Assembly: GCA_963755025.1 (NCBI GenBank)
Contig: CAVWIH010000021.1
Coordinates: 1-64,000, forward strand
DNA length: 64,000 bases
Direction of reading: 5' to 3'
Source of the DNA: an uncultured Actinomycetes bacterium
GTDB lineage: Bacteria > Actinomycetota > Thermoleophilia > UBA2241
In this document: one piece after another, positions 9,427 to 19,537 of the stretch
Numbering within the stretch: position 1 is the first letter of the stretch
Layout: each line of letters begins with the position of its first letter
Notes under the pieces: generated by a model
What the model saw: only the letters and a program-made list of their open reading frames with translations
What the model was told of the DNA's origin: nothing
Databases searched by the model: none
Translations under genes and position numbers: made by a program

Positions 9427-9999
9427 CTCGAGGTCGGCAAGGCGCCACGCGTCGCCGCTCTCGGCGACACGCCACGGGTCGCCGCCCCAGGCTCGCGCCT
9501 GGGCATAGGTCATACTCTCGGCGGCACGTCGCGCCAGGTAGCGCGTCAACGCCGGATCGGCTGGGTCGGCCGCCAGCGCTCGTCGCACGTCGTTGACCTC
9601 GCGGCGCCAGGGCAGCCGCAGCGGCAGGTAGAGCAGCAGACCGAGCGCCGTCTGACCGACGCCCAGCGCGATCCCGAGGATCAGGCTGACGTGATGGATG
9701 GTGACCTTGGCCGAAGCCGCTTCGGCCTTGGCCGCCGCCGCGGTGTCGCCGAGCTGCTTGACCGCGCCGCCGAGCGAGCCGCCCACCAAAGGGATGCTCG
9801 CCAGGCCGCTTAACGTATCGGCCGTCTTCTGCAGGCCGTCGGCGGTACGTACCACCGTGTCCCCCAGCGTGCTCAGCTGTCCGATCTCGAGCGCCGCGGT
9901 CACCCCGATCACGATCCAGAACACGACCCACACCGCGACGGCGGCGTCGAGCATGCGCACCCGGCGGGCGCTGAGAAAGGGTGTCCGTGCCGTGGTCAT
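9400..9999 (-). CDS. Hypothetical membrane protein
   Basis: Two TM segments flanking a helical region; ends LADLELQRLGLR. Confidence 0.7.
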   Translation of the reverse strand: MTTARTPFLSARRVRMLDAAVAVWVVFWIVIGVTAALEIGQLSTLGDTVVRTADGLQKTADTLSGLASIPLVGGSLGGAVKQLGDTAAAAKAEAASAKVTIHHVSLILGIALGVGQTALGLLLYLPLRLPWRREVNDVRRALAADPADPALTRYLARRAAESMTYAQARAWGGDPWRVAESGDAWRLADLELQRLGLRR

Positions 10000-10336
10000 G
10001 GGCGTCATCCTACCGCGCCGGAACGCCTTTCCGGTCGACCGGGAAGAGGCGGCGTGGCGGCGGTGAGCTCCGTGAGGTGGCTCGACGGCGGGGCGGCTGC
10101 TGAGCGGCTCGACCGGGGGACGTCTGCCGAGCGGCTCGACGGCGGGGCGGCGGCAAAGCCGCCGCCCCGCCTGCTCGACACTCGGCGGATGGCCGGCCGC
10201 GACGGGGGGGACCATCGCGGCCAGGGACGGTGATGAGGGGGGTCAGGTCCCGTCCGTGAGCTGGTGGGTATGCATCCGTCGCGCGTAGGTTTCGCCACCG
10301 CGGGTCCGCCTCCTTTGTCGAGACCGAGGGTCTACA

Positions 10337-11713
10337 ATGGCGCAGGGTCGAGCGCACAAGAGCCGCGTGAGTCGCGAGGAGAAGTCGATGGCCGCAGGGG
10401 CGCCCTCACAGTCAGAGCCAAGCGCGCGGAGCGGTCTTGCCGACCTGATCGCGCGCGGCCTCGGCGCGACCGGCTGGGACGTCGCCCTCGCCGCCGGGAT
10501 GTGCCTGGCGGGCTTCGCCGTCGTGCTGCTCGGCGCGCATCTGTCACCCCAGCTCAACCACTTCAGCGCGCTCGGCGCCGTCTTGCTGCTGGCCATGACC
10601 TTGCCGCTGGTCGTCGTGCGCAGCCATTCGTGGATCGCCTTCGCCGTAATCGCGAGCGCCTCGGTGCTCGGCGCCGTGTTCGACCAGAGCGCCATCAACG
10701 TCGGCTACGCCGGCGGCGCCATCGCACTGTTCTTCGTGGCCTCGCGCAACGACATCTGGCACAGCCTGCTGGCCGGCATGCTGGCCTCGCTCACGCTGAT
10801 CGCGATCTTCGGCATGCTGCTCTACCGGGGCAACGCCACCATCTGGCTCGCCGTCGCGTCCTGGTTCGTGTTCTCCGCGGTGTGGCTGGCCGGCGTCGTG
10901 CTGCGCGCCTACCGGGAGAGCGTGCGCGAAGCGCGGGAGCGCGCTCGCGCCGAGCGCGAGCGCGCCGACCTCTACCTGCACGACCTCGAGATGCGCGCCC
11001 AGGAGGCCGTCGCCCTCGAGCGCAGCCGCCTCGCCCGTGAGCTGCACGACGTGGTCGGTCACGCGCTGAACGTCGTCGTGCTGCAGGCCGGCGCCGCGCA
11101 ACGCGTCTTCGACAAGCAACCCGCCGCGGTGCGCGAGTCACTCGGCTCGATCGAGTCGATCGGCCGGCAGGCGCTGCTCGACATCGAGCGTCTCCTCGGC
11201 ATCTTGCGAGCCGACGCCGCCGACCGCGAAGAGCTCGGTCCCCAGCCCGGCATGGCCGAGGTCGACGCCCTGGCCGCGCAGGTGCGCGAGGCCGGCGTCG
11301 AGGTGACGATCGACGACGAGTGCGCCGGCATCGACCTGCCCTCCAGCCTCGACCGTTCCGGCTACCGGATCGTGCAGGAGGCTCTCACCAACACCCTCAA
11401 ACACGCCGGCAGCGGAGCCAGGGCGCACGTGCGCCTGCGGCGCCTGGGTGACTGGTTCGAGATCGCCTGCACCGACGACGGCGGCGGCCGCCCGGCCGCC
11501 GACCAGTACAACCAGCGCCTGGGCGGCGGACGCGGCCTGCTGGGCATGCGCGAGCGCGTCGCCCTGTTCGGCGGCGAGCTCGAGCTCGGGCCGCTGCCTG
11601 AGGGCGGGTTTCGGGTGATCGCCCGACTGCCGCTCGAGGGCACGGGATCCCTGCCGCGGGGCTTGGCCCCGGCCGGCGACACGACGACGGGAGGAGGCCG
11701 CGATGGCTGCTGA
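10337..11713 (+). CDS. Membrane sensor histidine kinase (HisKA_3 type)
   Basis: ERSRLARELHDVVGH, YRIVQEALTNTLKHA, DDG, GRGLLGMRERV. Confidence 0.95.
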   Translation: MAQGRAHKSRVSREEKSMAAGAPSQSEPSARSGLADLIARGLGATGWDVALAAGMCLAGFAVVLLGAHLSPQLNHFSALGAVLLLAMTLPLVVVRSHSWIAFAVIASASVLGAVFDQSAINVGYAGGAIALFFVASRNDIWHSLLAGMLASLTLIAIFGMLLYRGNATIWLAVASWFVFSAVWLAGVVLRAYRESVREARERARAERERADLYLHDLEMRAQEAVALERSRLARELHDVVGHALNVVVLQAGAAQRVFDKQPAAVRESLGSIESIGRQALLDIERLLGILRADAADREELGPQPGMAEVDALAAQVREAGVEVTIDDECAGIDLPSSLDRSGYRIVQEALTNTLKHAGSGARAHVRLRRLGDWFEIACTDDGGGRPAADQYNQRLGGGRGLLGMRERVALFGGELELGPLPEGGFRVIARLPLEGTGSLPRGLAPAGDTTTGGGRDGC

Positions 11714-12383
11714 CGAGACGATCCGCATCGTGCTGGTCGACGACGAGCAGATGGTGCGCCAGGGGCTGCGCATGATCCTTGAGAGCGAAGACGGCTTCGA
11801 GGTCGTCGGCGAGGCCGGCGACGGCGCGGCGGCGGTGGCCCAGGTGAAGCTGCTCGACCCCCACGTGGTGCTCATGGACATCCAGATGCCGGGCATGAAC
11901 GGACTCGACGCGACCCGCGAGATCGTCGCGCTGGGCCGCGACGATTCGTCGCGGGTGCTGGTGCTCACCACGTTCGACCTGGACGAGTACGTCTACGAAG
12001 CGCTGCGCGCCGGGGCGAGCGGCTTTCTGCTCAAGCGCACACCCGCCGAAGACCTGATCGCCGGCGTGCGCGTCGTGGCCGCCGGCGAGGCGCTGCTCTC
12101 ACCGTCGATCACCAAGCGCCTGATCGGCGAGTTCGCCCGCCGCCCGGCGGCCGACCGGCCGTCGCCCACTGCCCTCGACCAGCTGACCGACCGCGAACGC
12201 GAGGTGCTCGGGCTGATCGCGCAAGGCCTGTCGAACCGCGAGATCGCCGAGACGCTCTTTCTGAGCGAGGGCACGGTCAAGACGCACATCAAGCGCATCT
12301 TCTTCAAGCTCGATCTGCGCGACCGCACGCAGGCCGTCATCCTCGCCTACAACATCGGCCTGGTGGCGCCCACCGGCGCCTGA
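11703..12383 (+). CDS. NarL/LuxR family response regulator
   Basis: VLMDIQMP, VLTTFDLDEY, LTDREREVL..IAQGLSNREIA. Confidence 0.95.
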   Translation: MAADETIRIVLVDDEQMVRQGLRMILESEDGFEVVGEAGDGAAAVAQVKLLDPHVVLMDIQMPGMNGLDATREIVALGRDDSSRVLVLTTFDLDEYVYEALRAGASGFLLKRTPAEDLIAGVRVVAAGEALLSPSITKRLIGEFARRPAADRPSPTALDQLTDREREVLGLIAQGLSNREIAETLFLSEGTVKTHIKRIFFKLDLRDRTQAVILAYNIGLVAPTGA

Positions 12384-12881
12384 GGTCGCGCCCCTCCGGC
12401 CCCGTCGGCAGCTTCGTGTCCGGCGACACGGCGACCGCCTTGAGCGCCGGCCTCCTCGAGCCCACCCGCCCCGCAAGGGTCAGTCCGGCGCGCCTCTCAG
12501 GGGGTCAGCCAGGCGCGCCGCCGGGGAGAGGGAGACCGGCGAAGTTCCCCCCTGGCGGTGACGGTGCGTTCACGCCGTAGCGAGACGCCGCGCGCGGCGC
12601 CGCTCTCTAGGCTGGCGGCAAGCCCTGGAGAGGACCGGAGGGACCCATGGAGCCGAACGCCGCGCCAGCAGACCACAGCCCCGACACGTCGTTCTCGGAC
12701 GGCATGCCCTACCCGCTCGCCGAGATCGACCGCGTGCTGGCCGTGGCCACCGGCCGCGAGATCGCCGGGCGTCATCCCCCCGCAGGGGACCGAAATCTCC
12801 CCCTGCGGGGCGACGACGCCCGGCGATCGCGCGGCTAGGCTGGGAGCAGGCTTGGAGGCTACGCCCAACAAGAAGGCAGTC

Positions 12882-14155
12882 ATGTCGGAAGCCCATACGC
12901 CAGACGTCGCGGCCCCGGGAGCGGGCGGCTCAGGCCGCCCGCCGTTCGCCCGCTTCTTCGGCGTCGTCGTGCGGCCGCAAAGCTGGCGCAACCTGCTGTA
13001 TATCGCCCTCGAGTTCCCGCTCGGCCTGTTCTACTTCGTCTTTCTCACGTCTTGCCTGGCGGTGGGCATCTCACTGCTCATCATCTGGGTAGGGATCTTC
13101 GTGCTCGGGCTCACGGCCGCGTGCTGGTGGGCCTTCGCCGCCTTCGAGCGCGCGCTCGCCGACTCGCTGCTGGGCACGAGCCTGCGCCCCTCGCCGCAAC
13201 CGTGGCGCCGCGCCGAGGGCGCCTGGCCGCGCATCAAGGCCCACTTCGGCTCGGGCGCCACCTGGAAGGACCTCGCCTTCCTGTTCATCAAGTTCCCGCT
13301 CGGCCTGTGCTCGTTCGTGGTCTCGATCACCCTGGCCGCGACGTCGCTGGCTCTGATCACGGCGCCGATCTACTACCGCTACGCGCAGTCCACCGATACG
13401 AACGGCGTCCTCCACCACGGCCTGAACTTCGGCGCCTGGTACCTCGACCGGCTCTGGCAGGCGCTCCTGCTGGTGCCGCTCGGCCTGCTCCTGGCGTTCG
13501 TGACGTTCCACGTGTGCAACGCTCTGGCCGCCCTGTCGCGGACGGTGGCCCGCGGCCTGCTTGCGCGCGACACCGCGCCGCGCCCGGAGCCGTCCGCCTG
13601 GCTCACGCCCAGTGCCTCCGACCGATCCGCCCCCGCGGAGCCCGCCTGGCCCCCGCCCCCCGAGTCGGCGCGGCCGGCGACACCGGCCGCGCCGGGCGCT
13701 CCCGTAGCGCCAGCCGCGACGCCGGCGCCCGGCGCCGGCGCGCCGCCGACCGGCGCGCCGGTCGCGCCGCAGCCCTACGGCTGGGTCTACTACCCACCGC
13801 CGCCCTACGCGGCGCAGGCCTATCCGCCGGCAGCCTATCCCTCGCCGCAAACCGCGGCGCCTCAGGCTGCGCCGCCGGCCTCGCCGCCGGCCTCGCCCGC
13901 CTACCCGCCGCCGGCCTACCGCCGCCGGCCGCGCCGCCACAAACGTCGCCCGCCGGCGTTCCGGCGCCGGGCGCCGCGTGGCCCGACGCGCCCTGGACGC
14001 AGTGGCCGCCCCTGTTCGGCGCACCGCAGACCGCACCGCCTGACTCCGGCGCGTCAAGCCCCGCGCAGCCGAGCCCAGGCGCGCCGTCGAGTCCCACGCC
14101 GCCGGAGACGCCCCCCGACGAGCAACCCTCAGCGCACGAGGAGGATCAGCCATGA
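12882..14155 (+). CDS. Putative sensor-domain membrane protein with Pro-rich tail (frameshift near 13920)
   Basis: SWRNLLY...FPLG and TWKDLAFLFIKFPLG duplicated sensor motifs; tail continues in another frame to ...HEEDQP. Confidence 0.75.
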
Positions 14156-15255
14156 GAACGTTGTGCGGCCCCCGCCGGATCGCCGTCGCGGCGACCGCCG
14201 CCCTCGCCCTCCTGATCCTTGGCGCGGTGGCGCCCGCACTCGCCGCGGCGGCTCCGGCGACCGGCGCCACGAGCAAGACAGTCGTGCGCTTTCAGGACTA
14301 CACCCTGGCGCAGGGACAAGCGGTCCGCAGCGTCGTCGTCGTCCACGGCAACGCGGTCATCGGCGGCACCGTCGCGAGGAGCGTCGTCGTGGTCGACGGC
14401 ACGGCGACCATCGAAGCGACGGCCGTCGTGGGCGCCGGCCTGGCGGCTCAGGATTCCAGCATCGTCGTGGTCGGCGGCCGTCTGGTCATCGAACCGGGCG
14501 CCACGATCCACGGCAAGACGGTGCGTGTGGCGAGCTTCGGCCTGAACGGCGGCCTGCTGCGGAGCGCGGCGGCGGCCGCGATCGCGCGCCCCGTGGGGGT
14601 CATCGTCGGCTGGTGGCAGCTGCTCTTCCTGCCGATCGTCGCGCTGGTCGTGGCGGGCCTGTTCCCGCGCTCCGTGAACCGGGTGAGCGATCGCGTCCAC
14701 GAGAGGTTCTGGCCGTCGCTCGGCTGGGGCGTCGTGGGGTTGCTGGTCGCGGGCGTGCTCCTCGCCGTGCTGGCCATCACCATCATCGGCCTCATCCTGG
14801 TCGTGCCCGCGGGGCTCGCCCTGCCGGCCGTCTTGCTCTTCTGCTTCGTCGGCAGCGCCGCGCTGGTGGGCCGCCTGGTGCTGTCGTCGTCGCGCTATCG
14901 AGACAACGTCCTCGCGGCGGCCGTGGTAGGCGCGCTGCTCGCGAGCCTGGTGTGGCTGGTGCCGTTCATCGGCGGCCTCGCCGTTCTGGTGGCCACTGTG
15001 GCCGGCTTCGGCGCCGCGCTCACGCTCGTCAACGAGTGGCGCGTGGCCCGCCGGTCGGCGCCGGCGCCCGCCGCCGGCGGACCGCCGCCGAGCTCGACTC
15101 CGCCGGGATGGACACCCCCGGACTGGACCCCGCAGCCTCCGGGTTGGACACCGCAGCCTCCGCCCGGCTGGAGCTGGTCGCCGCACTACGGGTGGTCGCC
15201 GCCCCCCGACGCCGGCGCCACTCCGCAAGGGCCCGCGGGGCCTCCGGTCCTGTAA
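14152..15255 (+). CDS. Membrane protein with N-terminal beta-helix (polymer-forming-like) region and PPGW tail
   Basis: Signal peptide, VVVV.G repeats, 5-6 TM segments, ATGA coupling to upstream gene. Confidence 0.75.
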   Translation: MRTLCGPRRIAVAATAALALLILGAVAPALAAAAPATGATSKTVVRFQDYTLAQGQAVRSVVVVHGNAVIGGTVARSVVVVDGTATIEATAVVGAGLAAQDSSIVVVGGRLVIEPGATIHGKTVRVASFGLNGGLLRSAAAAAIARPVGVIVGWWQLLFLPIVALVVAGLFPRSVNRVSDRVHERFWPSLGWGVVGLLVAGVLLAVLAITIIGLILVVPAGLALPAVLLFCFVGSAALVGRLVLSSSRYRDNVLAAAVVGALLASLVWLVPFIGGLAVLVATVAGFGAALTLVNEWRVARRSAPAPAAGGPPPSSTPPGWTPPDWTPQPPGWTPQPPPGWSWSPHYGWSPPPDAGATPQGPAGPPVL

Positions 15256-15331
15256 GGCGCGAGCGGCAGGGCGGCGCGCCTGAAGGCTCGCCGCCCTGCC
15301 GGGTCCAAAGGCTCGCCGCCCCGCCGCCCCG

Positions 15332-16711
15332 TCAGTGCGCCAAGCGCCCGAGCTCGAGCCGCAGCGCCGCCTCGAGCTCGGGGTAGCGCAGCGCGAAGCC
15401 CGCCTTCTGCAGCCGCTCCGAGACGACGCGCTGCCCGCCGAGCAGCATCACCTCGCCCATCTCGCCGAACGCCGCGCGCACGACCGCCTCGGGCAACGGC
15501 AGCACGGCCGGGCGGTGCAGCACGCGCCCGAGCGTCGCGGCGAACTCGCGGTTGGTCACCGGCTCGGGACTTGTGAGGTTCACGACGCCGTCGACGGTCG
15601 GGGCGTAGAGCAGGTCGCCGACGACGCCGATCAGGTCGTCGAGCTCGATCCAGCTCAGCCACTGGTCGCCGCTGCCGACCGGGCCGCCCGCGCCGCCGCG
15701 AAAGGCCGGCAGCAGGTTCCCGAGAATGCCGCCGCCCGCCGTGATGACGACGCCGAAGCGCATGGGCACGACCCTGACGCCGGCGCCGCTCGCCGCGGCG
15801 AGCGGCGCCTCCCACGCACGGCAGACGTCGGCCAGAAAGTCCGCGCCCCCCGTGCTCGACTCGGTCAGCACGGCGTCGCCGCGGTCGGCGCCGTAGTAGC
15901 CCACCGCCGACGCCGAGAGCAGCGTCCGGGGCGGCTGCGCCATGGCGGCCAGGGTGTTCGCAAGCAGCGTCGTGCCCTCGCGACGGCTGGCCACGATGCG
16001 CTCCTTGCGCGCCGCCGTCCAGCGGTGGCCGATGTTCTCGCCGGCCAGGTGTACGACGGCGTCGAGGCCGTCGAGCGCCGCCGCCTCGAGCCGCCCGGCG
16101 CCCGGGTCCCAGGCGACGTCGCCCGCGCGCGCCGGCGCGCCGCGGCCGATGCGCGCCACGGCGTGGCCGCCGCTCTCGAGGAAGGCGGTGAGCTGGCTGC
16201 CGATCGACCCGCCGGCGCCCGTCACCCCGACGCGCAAGCGCGGCTCGGCGGCGTGCGCGGCGTGGCGCGTGAGGTCGGCCAGGGTGCGTTCGTGACGAAA
16301 GCGGAAGAGGCGCTCGAGCATGGTGCGAATGGATGACCCCGCGACCACGTCGCCGGCCGTGCCGAGCGGCAGGCGGTACTCGACGTGGTCCTCGATCACG
16401 CAGCGGTCGGGACCGGCCGGCAGGAAGGAGTGCGTATGCTCCCACGCCTCGAACGGGCCGTGGAGCTGGCGATCGCTGAAGCGCCGTCCCGGCTCCGCGT
16501 CACCGTGGGCGGCCACCCAGCGCCCCCGCAACGGGCCGCTGCGATACTCGAACACCAGGATGCCGTGGTGCTCCAGGTCGCCGCTGCGCTCGATGACGCG
16601 CGTGCGCTGCCAAGGCGGGCTGAGCCGCTCGAACGAGCCCGGCCGCGCGTGCCAGGCGTAGACCTGGTCGGCGGAGAACGGGACGGTGCTGCGCCACTCG
16701 AACACGGTCAT
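15332..16711 (-). CDS. TIGR01777/YfcH-type NAD-dependent epimerase with N-terminal SRPBCC domain
   Basis: WHARPGSFERLSPPW, GPF..WEHTH; VVHLAGENI, SAVGYYG, GSGDQWLSWI. Confidence 0.9.
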   Translation of the reverse strand: MTVFEWRSTVPFSADQVYAWHARPGSFERLSPPWQRTRVIERSGDLEHHGILVFEYRSGPLRGRWVAAHGDAEPGRRFSDRQLHGPFEAWEHTHSFLPAGPDRCVIEDHVEYRLPLGTAGDVVAGSSIRTMLERLFRFRHERTLADLTRHAAHAAEPRLRVGVTGAGGSIGSQLTAFLESGGHAVARIGRGAPARAGDVAWDPGAGRLEAAALDGLDAVVHLAGENIGHRWTAARKERIVASRREGTTLLANTLAAMAQPPRTLLSASAVGYYGADRGDAVLTESSTGGADFLADVCRAWEAPLAAASGAGVRVVPMRFGVVITAGGGILGNLLPAFRGGAGGPVGSGDQWLSWIELDDLIGVVGDLLYAPTVDGVVNLTSPEPVTNREFAATLGRVLHRPAVLPLPEAVVRAAFGEMGEVMLLGGQRVVSERLQKAGFALRYPELEAALRLELGRLAH

Positions 16712-16985
16712 CGGGTGCCTCCCGGGTAGACGCGGGTGCGGGGCCGGCGGAGCGCGACGGGCCTGCCACCGCGCCGCCGCCCGTCAGCCGATCGGTCGGT
16801 CGGGGTTCTACCCCGCGAGCCCGGGCTTTGGAACGCCTCACCGCCCGCGCAGCGCCGAGCGTGGACTCGGCGCCCGCGGGGAACCATGGCGACGACGGCG
16901 CCGGTAGGCGCGCACCGCCTGCCGTGAGCCGTCGAGCCGGCCCACGAGACGAATCGACGAATCAGAAAACGAGGTCGCACGCCAT

Positions 16986-17459
16986 ATGTCAGAGAAAGCC
17001 ACGTTCGCAGCGGGGTGCTTCTGGGGGGTCGAGGAACGCTTTCGCAAGCTGCCCGGGGTCGAAGACGCCGAGTCCGGCTACACCGGCGGCTGGAAGCCCG
17101 ATCCGACCTACCACGATGTCTGCACCGACAAGACCGGCCACGCCGAAGCCGTGCGCGTCACCTTCGATCCCGAGGTGATCTCGTACGAGCAGCTCGTGAC
17201 GGCCTTCTTCGCCATGCACGACCCGACGACCCGCGACCGCCAGGGGCCCGACGTGGGCAAGCAGTACCGGTCGGCGATCTTCACCGAGTCGCCCGAGCAG
17301 GAGCAAACGGCGCGCGCCGTGCTCGCCCGCCTGCAGGCCGATCGCGAGCGCCAGCGGCCGATCGTCACCGAGATCGTGCCGGCGACCACGTTTTACCGCG
17401 CCGAGGACTATCACCAGCGCTACAACGAAAAGCACCAGCGGGCGCGCTTCGCCTTTTAG
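16986..17459 (+). CDS. msrA: Peptide methionine sulfoxide reductase A
   Basis: GCFWG, TGHAEAV, HDPT, QYRSAIF, AEDYHQ. Confidence 0.97.
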   Translation: MSEKATFAAGCFWGVEERFRKLPGVEDAESGYTGGWKPDPTYHDVCTDKTGHAEAVRVTFDPEVISYEQLVTAFFAMHDPTTRDRQGPDVGKQYRSAIFTESPEQEQTARAVLARLQADRERQRPIVTEIVPATTFYRAEDYHQRYNEKHQRARFAF

Positions 17460-17560
17460 TGCGCATCGCCTTTAGGGCGCGCCCCCTTTAGGGCGCGCCT
17501 TTTGAGGCCGCGCCCCGCCGGTCGCGCCTCCAAACGGCGGCGCTGATGATGGGCCACACA

Positions 17561-17610
17561 CTAATAAGTAATCATTATTTGCATCATAAGGGTTACGACG
17601 CCATACTGCG
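17561..17610 (+). promoter_or_regulatory. AT-rich Fur-family-like box and promoter of the yezD operon
   Basis: CTAATAAGTAATCATTATTT resembles the Fur consensus GATAATGATAATCATTATC; CATACT -10 follows. Confidence 0.55.
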
Positions 17611-17613
17611 GCC

Positions 17614-17871
17614 GTGGAGCCAAGGGGATCACCCGATAGACCGAAGCGGCAGACGGCGTCAGCGCAGACCGACGTCGAGTGCCGCATCCTCGAGGCCGTG
17701 CGCGGCCTCGAGTTCGGCTCGGTCGAGATCGTCGTTCACGACTCGCAGGTGGTGCAGATAGAGCGCCGCGAGAAGCAGCGGCTCGACAAGCCGACGCGGC
17801 CGCGCAACGACGACCCCCAGCGCGCCACCCCCTCGAGGCCTCAAGGCCAGAGCGCACCCGGCGCACCCTAG
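17614..17871 (+). CDS. YezD/DUF2292 family small protein
   Basis: ILEAVRGLEFGSVEIVVHDSQVVQIERREKQRL. Confidence 0.85.
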   Translation: MEPRGSPDRPKRQTASAQTDVECRILEAVRGLEFGSVEIVVHDSQVVQIERREKQRLDKPTRPRNDDPQRATPSRPQGQSAPGAP

Positions 17872-18038
17872 ACCACGGCGGGCGGAGCCCGTCCCTCCCC
17901 TACGATCGCGGACCCACCGGACCACCGGCGGTCTCATGAAGAGCGAACCCTGCCGGGTCGCGCCTCTGTCTGAGCCGCCCCACCGGTCGATCGGATCGCT
18001 CTTCTTGCGAGCGTTTCTCGTGAAAGGAAGAGTGAGAC

Positions 18039-18836
18039 GTGATCGAGACCATCACCATCCTCGGAGGCCACGGCAAGACCGGCGAGCCCGAACCGCGTGG
18101 AGCGCCTCGACCTGCAGATGGGCAACGTGGCGAGCATCGTCGGGCCCACCGGCTCGGGCAAGACCACCCTCATCAACGACATCGAGATGTTCGCCGACGC
18201 GCGACACGCCCGTCGGGGCGCGCGCATCCTGATCAACGGCGAGCCCGCGCCCGAGGAGTACCGCAACGACCCCTCGCGCAACCCCATCGCCCTGATCACC
18301 CAGCACACCACGTTCCTGTCCGACCTGCCGGTCGGCGAGTTCCTCGAGATCCACGCCCGGGTGCGCTCCGAGGGCGGCAAGCACGCCGCGAGCATGATCG
18401 CCGACACTATCGACTTCGCCAATCAGCTCACCGGCGAGGCGATCGGCGCTGGACGTGCGCATGACGGAGCTTTCGGGCGGCCAGACCCGCTCGCTGCTGA
18501 TCGCCGACGCGACCATCATCTGCGACACGCCGATCGTGCTGCTCGACGAGGTCGAGAATGCCGGCATCGACCGCTCGCGATGTCTCGAACTGCTGCGCCG
18601 GCAGCGCAAGATCTTCATCTTCGTCACCCACGATCCCCGCATCGCGCTGCTCTCGGACTTTCGCATCGTCATCAGCGAGGGCCGCATCATGAAGATCCTC
18701 GGGCACCAACGAGCGAAGAGCGCGAGCTGGCCACGCGAGGTCACAAAGCTCGACGACGTGCTCTCGAGCCTGCGCGACAAGCTGCGCCTTGGTCTACTCG
18801 CTGACCGGCGACGAGCTCCAGGGGGTCCTCGCATGA
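18039..18836 (+). CDS. Stand-alone ABC-type ATPase (multiple frameshifts)
   Basis: GPTGSGKT, LSGGQTRSLLIAD, VLLDEVENAGID, VTHDP spread across frames. Confidence 0.85.
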
Positions 18837-19534
18837 AGCTCGCCATCGCCGCTGGGCCGGCCACGACCGGCAAGACGTCGGTGCTGCGCCACGCCATCGG
18901 CAAGCTGCTCGACCACGGCGAGCGCGTGGCGTTCCTCAAGATCGACGTGCAGTTCGCCGAAGAGGACGAGCTGCTCGCCAAAGAGTTCGGCATCCCGACC
19001 CGCAAGCTCTACTCGGGCGAGCTCTGCCCCGACCATTGCAGCGTGATGGTGCTGGGCGACGCCATGGAGTGGGCCGACAAGCAGGGCTGCAACATCCTCC
19101 TGGTCGAGACGGCCGGCCTGTGCCTGCGCTGCGCGCCCTACGTTGACGGCGGCCTCGGCATCTGCGTGCTCGAGGCGACCAGCGGCATGAACCTGCCGCT
19201 CAAGGTCGGCCCCATCCTCTCGCTGGCCGACGTCTGCGTCGTGACCAAGGGCGACCTGGTCTCACAAGCCGAGCGCGAGGTCTTTCGGGCGCGCATCCAG
19301 GACGTCTCGCCGCTGGTGCAGATCCGCGAGGCCAACGCGCTCTACGGCATCGGCATCGACCCGCTGGTCAAGAGCATCCTCGAGACCCCCGAGGCCGGCG
19401 ACCACATGCTGCTGCGCGGCAGCCCGCCGGTCGGTACCTGCACCATCTGCGTGGGCAAGCGCGAGGTCGGCTGGCAGTCGCACTTCGGCGTGGTGCGCGC
19501 CCTCGACAACCTCAACTTCTACCGGGGGCAGTAG
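18833..19534 (+). CDS. HypB/UreG-like (G3E) GTPase with Cys motifs
   Basis: GPATTGKT, LCPDH, ETAGLCLRCAP, TKGD, CTICVG; ATGA overlap with the ATPase. Confidence 0.85.
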   Translation: MKLAIAAGPATTGKTSVLRHAIGKLLDHGERVAFLKIDVQFAEEDELLAKEFGIPTRKLYSGELCPDHCSVMVLGDAMEWADKQGCNILLVETAGLCLRCAPYVDGGLGICVLEATSGMNLPLKVGPILSLADVCVVTKGDLVSQAEREVFRARIQDVSPLVQIREANALYGIGIDPLVKSILETPEAGDHMLLRGSPPVGTCTICVGKREVGWQSHFGVVRALDNLNFYRGQ

Positions 19535-19537
19535 GCC

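Noticed and set aside
17872-18038. SAM-I riboswitch or T-box
   Set aside because: Core consensus elements were not found; retained only as an unclassified structured leader.
18455-19534. ABC ATPase-GTPase fusion ORF
   Set aside because: Caused by a frameshift near 18793; the corrected ATPase ends at the ATGA overlap (18833-18836).
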